Shown here in pieces: positions 50,339 to 58,012 of a DNA stretch of 64,000 bases. The stretch covers positions 5,144 to 69,143 of the forward strand of contig URBN01000001.1 of assembly GCA_900546145.1 (NCBI GenBank), written 5' to 3'. Below the pieces are notes generated by a model that was not told the DNA's origin, did not search any database, and saw only the letters and a program-made list of their open reading frames with translations. Numbering within the stretch: position 1 is the stretch's first letter; each line of letters starts with the position of its first letter. This DNA comes from an uncultured Desulfovibrio sp. GTDB taxonomy: Bacteria; Desulfobacterota; Desulfovibrionia; Desulfovibrionales; Desulfovibrionaceae. A program made the position numbers and the translations under genes.

Positions 50339-50390
50339 GCTGGACATCTAAACAACAACGAAAATGAGCACTCCGAGGAGGAGATGTAAA

Positions 50391-51131
50391 ATGTCTGATT
50401 CTGAACGTAAAATCTTTCCGGTCGAGACTGTGCTTGCCCTCGTCTCTGGCAAGGAAGACGCTGATGTAAGAGAGATCGCTGGTTATATCACTGGCCGTTC
50501 CATGGTCTGCCCCAAGATGGCCAAGAGCGTCGCCGTTTTCGCTGGCGCCTGGCTTGCCCGTCTGTATCCCAAATTTGCGGATATGGTCTACGACGGCAGT
50601 GAAGCCTGGGAACTTTTTGTCAACCGCTGCGCCGCGCAGCTTGGCGACAAGATTTCCCTGCCTCCCATGGACGGACGCATCAAGGAATCCTGCCTTGCTG
50701 CTCTCGATGCCATGGATAAGGCTTTTGCCGAAGTTGATGCCCTCAAGGCCGAGGTCGCCAAGCAGGCTGCCGAAATCGAGGCTCTGAAGCCCCTCGAGGG
50801 CGCTCTTGAAGCCGCGAAGAAGCAGGCTGACCAGCTTGATGCCCAGCTCAAGGCCCAGAAGAAGGACATGGGTGCCCTTCGCCGTCAGGCCGCCGGTTTC
50901 GAAGGCAAGATTGCCCTCGACGAGGAAGAGCTGCTTGATACCATCAAGCGCACCATCAAGGACAACCTCAAGAACATCACCGTCGCTGCCGGCGGTGCTG
51001 CCGCTGCTGGCGCCGTGGCCGGTGAGGCCGCTGCTGAAGGCGGCGAGGCTGCTGCCGAGGAAGCTCCCGCTGAAGACGATTCCATGGGATTCGGTTTCGG
51101 TGATGAGGATTCCACCGGTTTTGGCTTCTAG
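50391..51131 (+). CDS. conserved hypothetical protein encoded downstream of qmoABC (DVU0851-like position)
   Basis: A GAGGAGGAG ribosome-binding site precedes it. It has a central coiled coil, an Ala/Gly/Glu-rich segment and a C-terminal acidic GFGFGDEDSTGFGF tail. It shares a terminator with the qmo operon. Confidence 0.6.
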   Translation: MSDSERKIFPVETVLALVSGKEDADVREIAGYITGRSMVCPKMAKSVAVFAGAWLARLYPKFADMVYDGSEAWELFVNRCAAQLGDKISLPPMDGRIKESCLAALDAMDKAFAEVDALKAEVAKQAAEIEALKPLEGALEAAKKQADQLDAQLKAQKKDMGALRRQAAGFEGKIALDEEELLDTIKRTIKDNLKNITVAAGGAAAAGAVAGEAAAEGGEAAAEEAPAEDDSMGFGFGDEDSTGFGF

Positions 51132-51154
51132 TCTCTCAGACTGATTCGTAGTAA

Positions 51155-51202
51155 AAGAAGGGGCCGGAGAATGTTTCTCCGGCCCCTTCTTTCTTTTTTT
51201 TT
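51155..51202 (+). terminator. strong intrinsic terminator ending the apr-qmo transcription unit
   Basis: AAGAAGGGGCCGGAGAA-tgt-TTCTCCGGCCCCTTCTT is followed by TCTTTTTTTTT. Confidence 0.6.
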
Positions 51203-51227
51203 AACCACGCCCTGCAGGAGGTGCACC

Positions 51228-51509
51228 ATGGATATGAGCAAAGCAAAATCGATTGTTGTTCCCGGTGAACTCGCCCGCGGCTGCATGGATCGCATGAAGA
51301 TGAGCGAGCCGCAGTTCGCGCGTCTGCTCAATCTCAGCGAGGAAGAACTTCAATCGTTCTTCAGCGGCAGACTGCCCATCACGAAGGAACTCGCTTTTGC
51401 CCTGAAGGAAGCCACAGGCCTCACGGCCAGCTTCTGGATCGGATTCGAGCGCACTTACCGTCACCGCCTCGCGAAACTGGAGGAGGCGAAGACCTCGGGT
51501 AAAGCCTAG
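51228..51509 (+). CDS. HigA/VapI-like XRE-family HTH protein (antitoxin-like), no partner toxin
   Basis: MDMSKAKSIVVPGELARGCMDRMKMSEPQFARLLNLSEEEL... resembles the plasmid-maintenance antidote HTH family. A GGAGG ribosome-binding site is present. Confidence 0.6.
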   Translation: MDMSKAKSIVVPGELARGCMDRMKMSEPQFARLLNLSEEELQSFFSGRLPITKELAFALKEATGLTASFWIGFERTYRHRLAKLEEAKTSGKA

Positions 51510-51513
51510 AGAC

Positions 51514-51750
51514 TTACCATTTGCCGTAATGGGGAGGTACCTCGAGTTCCTGTGCGTTCTTGCCGGAAGAGAGTTCCTCCATGCTGGCTCTGAGCCGGCC
51601 GATGGCGCTGATTGCTTCTTCAAGGGCCTTCTCCAGCCTGTCGATCTGTTTCTGCTGACTGACAAGGACGTCATCGAGCTCCCGGAGTTTTTCCGACAGG
51701 AAGTAGTTGTCTCCTTCCAGACTTTCAAGACGCTCTTCTGCTGTTTTCAC
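51514..51750 (-). CDS. slyX: SlyX-family coiled-coil protein
   Basis: The 78-aa protein (ERLESLEGDNYFLSEKLRELDDVLVSQQKQIDRLEKAL) follows the SlyX pattern. Confidence 0.6.
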   Translation of the reverse strand: MKTAEERLESLEGDNYFLSEKLRELDDVLVSQQKQIDRLEKALEEAISAIGRLRASMEELSSGKNAQELEVPPHYGKW

Positions 51751-51775
51751 GCGACTCTCCTTTTCTTATGCTGAG

Positions 51776-51818
51776 AAAAAGCCGCCCGTCCCGGCTCACG
51801 CGGGAGGGGCGGCTTTTT
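51776..51818 (-). terminator. intrinsic terminator (symmetric, A-run/T-run flanked)
   Basis: GCCGCCCGTCCCGGctcacgCGGGAGGGGCGGC is flanked by AAAAA and TTTTT. It terminates the minus-strand paaK-like operon. Confidence 0.45.
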
Positions 51819-51841
51819 GTAATCAGTGCCGTGTGCGGTGT

Positions 51842-52279
51842 CTACTTTCCCTGAGGGGGCATGACCATAGGCATTTCACCTGAAGGAGGCATGCTGCCGG
51901 ATTGGGGCATGCCTGCCGGCGGCATGCCCATACCGCCCATGGGAGAGCCTCCCTGGCCGCCGCCCATGCTGGAATGACCGACCATGAACTGTCCCCATTC
52001 TTCAGAGGTGATGACCTTGTCTCCGTTCTTGTCGATGCGGGCGAAGGCTTCGGGCTTCATTCCGGGATGGGCCTTCAGAAATTCTTCCTGGCTCACCTTC
52101 CCGTCCTTATCAGCGTCCATTTTGTCAAAGCTGGCCTGACCGGCTTTGCTCATGTCCATGCCACCCTGCATGCCGCCCATGGGCGGCATGGCCTGATCCG
52201 CGGCGCCTGCTTCCTGTCCGGCAGCGAAGCCGAGGCAGAGGGCACAGGCGATGGCCGGAAGCATTGTATGCAGTTTCAT
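51842..52279 (-). CDS. secreted Met/Gly-rich protein with a pair of EF-hand calcium-binding loops
   Basis: It has a signal peptide, DADKDGKVSQEEF and DKNGDKVITSEEW loops, and flanking MGGMQGGMDM / MGGMGMPPAGMP... Met-rich tracts. Confidence 0.55.
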   Translation of the reverse strand: MKLHTMLPAIACALCLGFAAGQEAGAADQAMPPMGGMQGGMDMSKAGQASFDKMDADKDGKVSQEEFLKAHPGMKPEAFARIDKNGDKVITSEEWGQFMVGHSSMGGGQGGSPMGGMGMPPAGMPQSGSMPPSGEMPMVMPPQGK

Positions 52280-52318
52280 TGTTTTCCTCTTTGTGCAAAA
52301 AAGTTTTGACCCGACAGG

Positions 52319-52681
52319 CTAGTCATCGGGGATATCATTGATGAAGAGCTGGAAATTGTCCGTGTCTCCGGTCTTGTAGTCATCATTCCAGAGGAGGGCT
52401 GACCAGTAGAAAGGCGAATTAAGCCTCAGCCCGTTGTTCGCGGAAGCATAGAATCGGTGCAGGGCGTGTCCGTACTCTTCCTGCTGTTCTCCAGGGAGTT
52501 TTTTCAGGTAAGGTTCAGCGATCCCGTACAGATCACGCATCTTCTCGGCTTTTTTCTTCATGAATTCCGTGTAGACGTCGCTTTTGCCTTCACTGAGAGC
52601 TGCGTTGGCCTTTGCCTCGCAGTCCATGACCCCGTCATGGTATTCCTGCAGGAAGGCTTTGAAGTCACTCATTGCTGACAT
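52319..52681 (-). CDS. hypothetical protein (120 aa)
   Basis: The ORF is clean, sits between the PaaK-like and EF-hand genes, and has no recognisable family. Confidence 0.35.
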   Translation of the reverse strand: MSAMSDFKAFLQEYHDGVMDCEAKANAALSEGKSDVYTEFMKKKAEKMRDLYGIAEPYLKKLPGEQQEEYGHALHRFYASANNGLRLNSPFYWSALLWNDDYKTGDTDNFQLFINDIPDD

Positions 52682-52768
52682 GGCTGTTCCTCTGCTTTTC
52701 TGGTGTCCCGTACAAAGAAAGCCTGCGCGGGCGAACCGCGCAAGCTTCTGAGTACATGATATTCCGGT

Positions 52769-54034
52769 TTAATCCCAGTGGCGCTTATCGTCGATGGGTC
52801 TGACCTGGGGCGGCAGCGATCCGGGGGCGAGGACCTTCAGCTCGGAACGCAGCTTAATCTTCTCACGGAACTGCTGCAGGAGCTCATCGCGGCGCTTGAA
52901 TTCGCTGGCCTCAATATTGAGGGTCATCTCATCTATGCCGTCGGGGTTGGTGACCACGATCTGCCAGCGCTTGATTTCCTCAAAGCGGCTCATGACCTGC
53001 TCAACCTGATGCGGATACACGAACATGCCGCTGATACGCGCGGTGGTGTCCACGCGGCCGACGATGCTGCCGAGACGCGGGCTGGTGCGTCCGCAGGGGC
53101 ACGGGCTTCTGTCAATGTAGGAAAGGTCGCCAGTGGCCAGGCGGATGAGGGGATAGGTTTTATTGAAGGACGTAACGACGATTTCGCCAACTTCGCCGTC
53201 CTTCAGCGGAATGCCGGTGTCGGGATGGCAGATTTCGACGTAACAGCGGTTGGCGATGTGCAGACCGGTGCGGTGGAAGCATTCATAGCCGATGCAGCCC
53301 ACGTCCGCGGTGCCATAGCCCTGACGCATGATGATGTCGAATTTCTTTTCGAGCTGGTTGCGCATCTTTTCGGAAAGGCGTTCGCCGGTAACGAAGGCGA
53401 CTTCCAGGAACAGATCCTTGCGCAGGTTGAGACCCTTTTCCTCTGCCTTCTGGGCCAGATGCATAAGGAAGCTCGGGGTGCCCACGTAACCGGAGACACG
53501 GAGCTTCTGCATGATGTCGAGCTGCGTGGAAGCTTCGGTGGGGCCTGCGGGAATGACGGAGCAGCCGAGATTGCGCAGGGGTTCTTCGAACATCAGTCCG
53601 GCTGGCGTGAGCTGGTAGTTGAAGGCATTCTGCACAATGTCACCGGGGCGGAAGCCGACGGAATAAAAGGCCTCTGTGTATCCCCAGTAGTCCTGGGCCC
53701 TGTCCTCGGGATCAAAGATGGGGCCGGGGGACAGGAAAATACGCTTCAGATCCCCGATATCCTTCGTCAGCAGGCCGCCCAGGCGGGGACCCATGGACTG
53801 CAGGAAGATGAGCTCTTTCTTCTTGAGAATCGGAATGTGCTTGATATCGGAAAGGGTCTTGAATTTTTCGACGTTGAACTGAGCACGATCAAAACGTTTT
53901 TTAACATCTTCAGAATAACGGTAGGCGTACGTGAGCAGTTCTTTCAGCTGAATGAGGTAATATTGCTTGCGCTCATTGGCATCAAGAACTTCGCGGCGGC
54001 TGAAGATACCCTCAGTGCGATCCTTGCGAGTCAT
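52769..54034 (-). CDS. phenylacetate-CoA ligase (PaaK)/F390-synthetase-family adenylate-forming enzyme
   Basis: It has the PaaK-family N- and C-domains (GYVGTPSF, MRQGYGTADVG). The start was moved to MTRKDRT with a CAGGAG ribosome-binding site. Confidence 0.75.
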   Translation of the reverse strand: MTRKDRTEGIFSRREVLDANERKQYYLIQLKELLTYAYRYSEDVKKRFDRAQFNVEKFKTLSDIKHIPILKKKELIFLQSMGPRLGGLLTKDIGDLKRIFLSPGPIFDPEDRAQDYWGYTEAFYSVGFRPGDIVQNAFNYQLTPAGLMFEEPLRNLGCSVIPAGPTEASTQLDIMQKLRVSGYVGTPSFLMHLAQKAEEKGLNLRKDLFLEVAFVTGERLSEKMRNQLEKKFDIIMRQGYGTADVGCIGYECFHRTGLHIANRCYVEICHPDTGIPLKDGEVGEIVVTSFNKTYPLIRLATGDLSYIDRSPCPCGRTSPRLGSIVGRVDTTARISGMFVYPHQVEQVMSRFEEIKRWQIVVTNPDGIDEMTLNIEASEFKRRDELLQQFREKIKLRSELKVLAPGSLPPQVRPIDDKRHWD

Positions 54035-54069
54035 CCAAAAGCTCCTGTCTAAATTGCAAATGACCAAAA

Positions 54070-54098
54070 TATTTAGGGAAAAAAATGCGGAATTGCAA
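54070..54098 (-). promoter_or_regulatory. candidate sigma70 promoter (TTGCAA-17-TAAATA) for the paaK-like operon
   Basis: On the minus strand it reads TTGCAAttccgcatttttttcccTAAATA, about 35 nt upstream of the start, inside an unusually AT-rich 190-bp island. Confidence 0.35.
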
Positions 54099-54290
54099 GT
54101 GTTTTTTTATTTATGGTGTAAAATCAGTATGTTGAACTTAAAAAATGTGTTACGAATATATAATAAAATAGCAATATTTGAAAAATGCGCCGCATTCCCG
54201 TGACTTGAGTCCTGAGTAAGGCGCCGCCAATATATGTCATAATAAAAGCGGCTATAACAGCCTGCAGTTCCGGGTCCTCTTTCTGGCGGG

Positions 54291-55643
54291 TCACTTCAGG
54301 TTTTCAGGTGATGATTCCCAGCCGGGATGGGCCTTGCGGAAATTGCGCAGCTGGCGGTCGCGCAGGGAGTTGTAAACAGGAGCAGATCCGAGAAAGTTTG
54401 CCAGCAGACTGGCGATGACGGACGTGCACAGCACGGCCGGGAGAAGAAGCCAGGCCCCTGTCATTTCGGTAATCAGAAAGGCACCCGTCAGAGGAGCGCG
54501 GACTGTCCCGGAGAAAAGCCCTGCCATGCACAGGATGACCAGGAGAACTGTATGACTCTGCGCGGGATCGGCGTATCCGATGAGGCAGGAAAGAAGGGCT
54601 CCCGTGAGGCCTCCCGCCAGCAGCATGGGCATGAGAATGCCGCCCGAGACGCCGGAAGCAAAGGAGAACCAGTTGAAGCATATCTTCACGGCCCAGAGCA
54701 GAAGAATGGTTTTGATGGGCAGCGTTCCGTGCGCGAGATTGGGGATGCCAGGACCGAGACCGGTCATGACATCCGGAAAAATGTAAACAAGGGCGAAGCT
54801 CGCGAGGAAGGCGATGCTGAGACGCCATGGCTGCTTTATACCGGTTCTGTCAGCTCCGTTGGTAAGGGAGACGAGGCACCAGTTGTAGAGACAGGAGAAG
54901 AGGCCGCAGGCCACGCCGGCCAGGGGAGAAAGCCAGAAAAGCGCCATTGAGGGTTCTGTGGTGCTCAGCGGGAACACGAGGCCGAGCTTCAGAATCATAT
55001 CGACAACGAACCATGCGGAGGCTGCCGTGATAGCTGTAAAGATGAGCATGGGCAGAGTGAGCACGGTGTGCAGTTCTTCAAAGGAGAAGAACATGCCCGC
55101 GAGGGGGGCGCCGAACGCGGCGGTCATGCCGGCCGTGCTCCCGCCGGCGAGAAAACGGGGGCGTATCTTGGTGTCGTGCCACAGGCGGCCTACGCCGCAG
55201 CCGACTGCTGCCCCCATCTGGATGCACGGGCCCTCACGGCCAACGGAAAGACCGCCCGACAGACTTGCCAGCGTACCGATGAATTTTGTCCAGAGAATAC
55301 GCCTCCAGGGCATTGGCATCTTGCCTCGCAGGACAAGCTCGACATGGGGAATGCCACTGCCGGAAATGAGAGGCTCGTGCCTGACCATAAGCCAGGCGAT
55401 GATGGCGCAGAGAAGGATGGCCCCGCCGGTCAGGACCATGCCTTCCGGTGTGCCCACGTGCAGGCGGAACTCCCGCACCAGCGTGGCGTTCACAAAATTA
55501 TAGGCCATGCGGAAAACACCGATGATAAAGCCAGAGATAAGACCCGTGGCCAGGGCTTCCAGCAAAAGGCGGCCAACGCCGGCAGTCTGTATTTCCTGAA
55601 GATCAAACAGCGTTGGGGAAAGGTTTTTTTTGAAGAGAGGCAT
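54291..55643 (-). CDS. ClC-family H+/Cl- antiporter / chloride channel
   Basis: The GREGP, GxFxP and Y-gate motifs are present with 10+ TM helices. The start was moved to MPLFKKN. Confidence 0.85.
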   Translation of the reverse strand: MPLFKKNLSPTLFDLQEIQTAGVGRLLLEALATGLISGFIIGVFRMAYNFVNATLVREFRLHVGTPEGMVLTGGAILLCAIIAWLMVRHEPLISGSGIPHVELVLRGKMPMPWRRILWTKFIGTLASLSGGLSVGREGPCIQMGAAVGCGVGRLWHDTKIRPRFLAGGSTAGMTAAFGAPLAGMFFSFEELHTVLTLPMLIFTAITAASAWFVVDMILKLGLVFPLSTTEPSMALFWLSPLAGVACGLFSCLYNWCLVSLTNGADRTGIKQPWRLSIAFLASFALVYIFPDVMTGLGPGIPNLAHGTLPIKTILLLWAVKICFNWFSFASGVSGGILMPMLLAGGLTGALLSCLIGYADPAQSHTVLLVILCMAGLFSGTVRAPLTGAFLITEMTGAWLLLPAVLCTSVIASLLANFLGSAPVYNSLRDRQLRNFRKAHPGWESSPENLK

Positions 55644-55656
55644 GTCCTGTTCCAGA

Positions 55657-57942
55657 TTAGGGGAGGGGTGCAGTGCGGAGTACGCGCTGGGACGTTCTGC
55701 CTGCGCTGTCAACAACGCGGATGAGCGTTCTTCTGGTCTGCGGAGAAAAGAGAAGAACCTCGCCCGGGAGGCTGGTGCCTATAAAACGGCTGTCAGCAAA
55801 CCAGTAGAGCAGATCCGCCCCGGAGGCGGAGTTAGCCAGAAGCGGCACCGTTCCGCCCGTACCGAGGCTGTAGGTGATTCCGGCTCTGGGGAGCTCGATG
55901 GAGGGAGCTGGTCCGTCAGATAGACCTTCCCTTCCACGGCATTCAGGAAGATAGGGTGGAGGAGACGGTTTGTTAATCCCCGCGCTGCGGAACATGCGTT
56001 CAAGATCACTGGGCCAGAACTCCCAGGGAACCTCTTCGGTACCTCCTTCCTGAGGCGTGCAGGCCCGGAGTCCCGTTTTTTTGTCGATGAGGATTTTCCG
56101 CAGTATGCCTGTCGGACTGATGGGGGATACGCCGGGAATGAACCAGGTTTCTGTCGTATCCTGGCATAACGAAATGTCGAGATCGCCGGTGGCGGTGCAC
56201 ACGGGGATGCGGACCAGATTGGTGCCGCGGGAGGGTGTGGACAGCATGTCGGACATGGCCTCGCTGGCAGCCAGTCTCCTGGTTATGGCCAGGAAAAGAG
56301 GTTTTGCCGTGCGTCCTCCCACGAAGAGAGGATGCGGATCGTTATTAAAGTTGCCGACCCACACCACGAGGACATAAGGACCAGCGATGCCGGCAGTCCA
56401 GGCATCACGAAAACCATTGGATGTGCCGGTCTTGCACCGTACGTGTATGTTTTTCCCCTCCCGGCTGGGGATGTTTTCGTCCGAAGCGTCTGAAACAAGC
56501 ATATCCAGCGTAATGAAGCTCGCCTCAGGGGAAAGTCTCTGCTGGCCGGCGGCCTGAGGCTCATCGAGAGTCAGCCGGAGAGGTTTCCATATTCCCCTGT
56601 TTGCAAGCATACAATACAGGGCAGCGAGTTCCCGCGGAGTGACTTCGGCGCCGCCGAGTACGAGGCTGAGTCCGTAGTGATCCCTGTCCCGCAGGAAATC
56701 GACGTGACAGGACCGGAGAAAGTCGTAAAGATCAGGGTTTCTGAGCTGAGAGGCGAGGGTGATGGCAGGAACGTTGCGGGAAAGGCGCAGAGCCTCACAG
56801 GCAGGCAGGGGCCCCCGGAAATCCCCGTCGAAATTTTCCGGCGTGTAGCCGGCGAAGCTTTTGGGCAGATCCCTGAGAAGGGTCATGGGATGGATGAGTC
56901 CCTGTTCAAGCCCCAGAGCGTAAATAAATGGCTTGAGAGTTGAACCCGGCGAACGGCGTGCCAGGGTTCCGTCTATCTGGCCGGAAATGGACGAGTCAAA
57001 GAAATTGGCGGAGCCGGCGAGGGCCCGGACCTCCATGGTTGGCCAGTGCACGAGCAGGGCGCAGGCGTTATGCAGGCCAGACTGTCTGCCGAGCCGTACG
57101 AAATCCTTCAGCTGTTTTTCAAGAAGTCCTTGGAGCCGTAAATCTATGGCTGTTCTGACTGTGCCGGGGGCGTTGGGTTCGGCCAGGATCTCAGTGACAA
57201 GATGAGGACAGCGGAAAGGCATGTCGGCCGGTGAGTGCACTCTGAGTCTGGCCGTTTCCCTGCCGTACCATTCCCTGATGAGGCGCTGCTCTGCTGCATG
57301 GAAATCCGAACCTGCCGATGCCGGACTGCGCCGGCCCGGGTTCTGCGGGACGAGCATGAGGGCAAGGCTTTCATCCGGCGTGAGCTCGGAAGCGTTTTTG
57401 CGGAAATAGACCAGGGCCGCGGCCCCGAGGCCTTCAACATTGCCGCCATAAGGGGCCAGATTGAAATAGGCTTCCAGAATTCTGGCTTTGCTGTAATGAC
57501 GTTCGAGCCTGAGAGCGAGCCAGATCTGCCGGAGTTTATCCTTCAGGCTGCCGGTTTTGAGACCGGAAGAAAGACGGGCCACCTGCATGGTGATGGTGGA
57601 GCCGCCCATAATTCTGCCGCCGGAGAGCATAGCCAGGCCGGCCCGGAAAAGGGACAGCACGTTGATGCCGGGATGGTGCCAGAAATACCTGTCCTCGTAG
57701 CGGATGACGCTGGCGATGGCTTCCGGGGGGATATCTTCGAGCCTCGTGAGGCGGCGGTATTTGTGATCCGGAGTGAGCCCCATGCGCAGAAGACCGCCAT
57801 TCCGGTCCAGAATGACGCGCGAGAAGGTGATGTCCTGCATAAGCGGAGGACGCGGGGAAAGGCGGAGTATGCACCAGAACAGGATGATGGCGAGGAGCAG
57901 AACGCAGCATCCCTTTGCCGCCACCCGCATACTTTTTTTCAT
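55657..57942 (-). CDS. pbpC: penicillin-binding protein 1C (transglycosylase + transpeptidase)
   Basis: It has GT51 motifs (EDRYFWHHPGINV, GGSTITMQ) and a transpeptidase domain, and lies adjacent to alpha-2-macroglobulin. The start is uncertain: Met at 57963, 57942 or 57930. The ORF track's 58023 would overlap a hairpin. Confidence 0.75.
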   Translation of the reverse strand: MKKSMRVAAKGCCVLLLAIILFWCILRLSPRPPLMQDITFSRVILDRNGGLLRMGLTPDHKYRRLTRLEDIPPEAIASVIRYEDRYFWHHPGINVLSLFRAGLAMLSGGRIMGGSTITMQVARLSSGLKTGSLKDKLRQIWLALRLERHYSKARILEAYFNLAPYGGNVEGLGAAALVYFRKNASELTPDESLALMLVPQNPGRRSPASAGSDFHAAEQRLIREWYGRETARLRVHSPADMPFRCPHLVTEILAEPNAPGTVRTAIDLRLQGLLEKQLKDFVRLGRQSGLHNACALLVHWPTMEVRALAGSANFFDSSISGQIDGTLARRSPGSTLKPFIYALGLEQGLIHPMTLLRDLPKSFAGYTPENFDGDFRGPLPACEALRLSRNVPAITLASQLRNPDLYDFLRSCHVDFLRDRDHYGLSLVLGGAEVTPRELAALYCMLANRGIWKPLRLTLDEPQAAGQQRLSPEASFITLDMLVSDASDENIPSREGKNIHVRCKTGTSNGFRDAWTAGIAGPYVLVVWVGNFNNDPHPLFVGGRTAKPLFLAITRRLAASEAMSDMLSTPSRGTNLVRIPVCTATGDLDISLCQDTTETWFIPGVSPISPTGILRKILIDKKTGLRACTPQEGGTEEVPWEFWPSDLERMFRSAGINKPSPPPYLPECRGREGLSDGPAPSIELPRAGITYSLGTGGTVPLLANSASGADLLYWFADSRFIGTSLPGEVLLFSPQTRRTLIRVVDSAGRTSQRVLRTAPLP

Positions 57943-57967
57943 GAGAAGCGTCTTTACGGACATAAAC

Positions 57968-58005
57968 ACAAAAAATTGCGGCGGGTGTCTGCACAGCCCG
58001 CCGCA
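57968..58005 (-). terminator. hairpin + T-tract between alpha-2-macroglobulin and pbpC (attenuator/partial terminator)
   Basis: On the minus strand TGCGGCGGG-ctgtgcagaca-CCCGCCGCA is followed by ATTTTTTGTGTTT, immediately after the a2M stop. Confidence 0.4.
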
Positions 58006-58012
58006 CGGAAAC

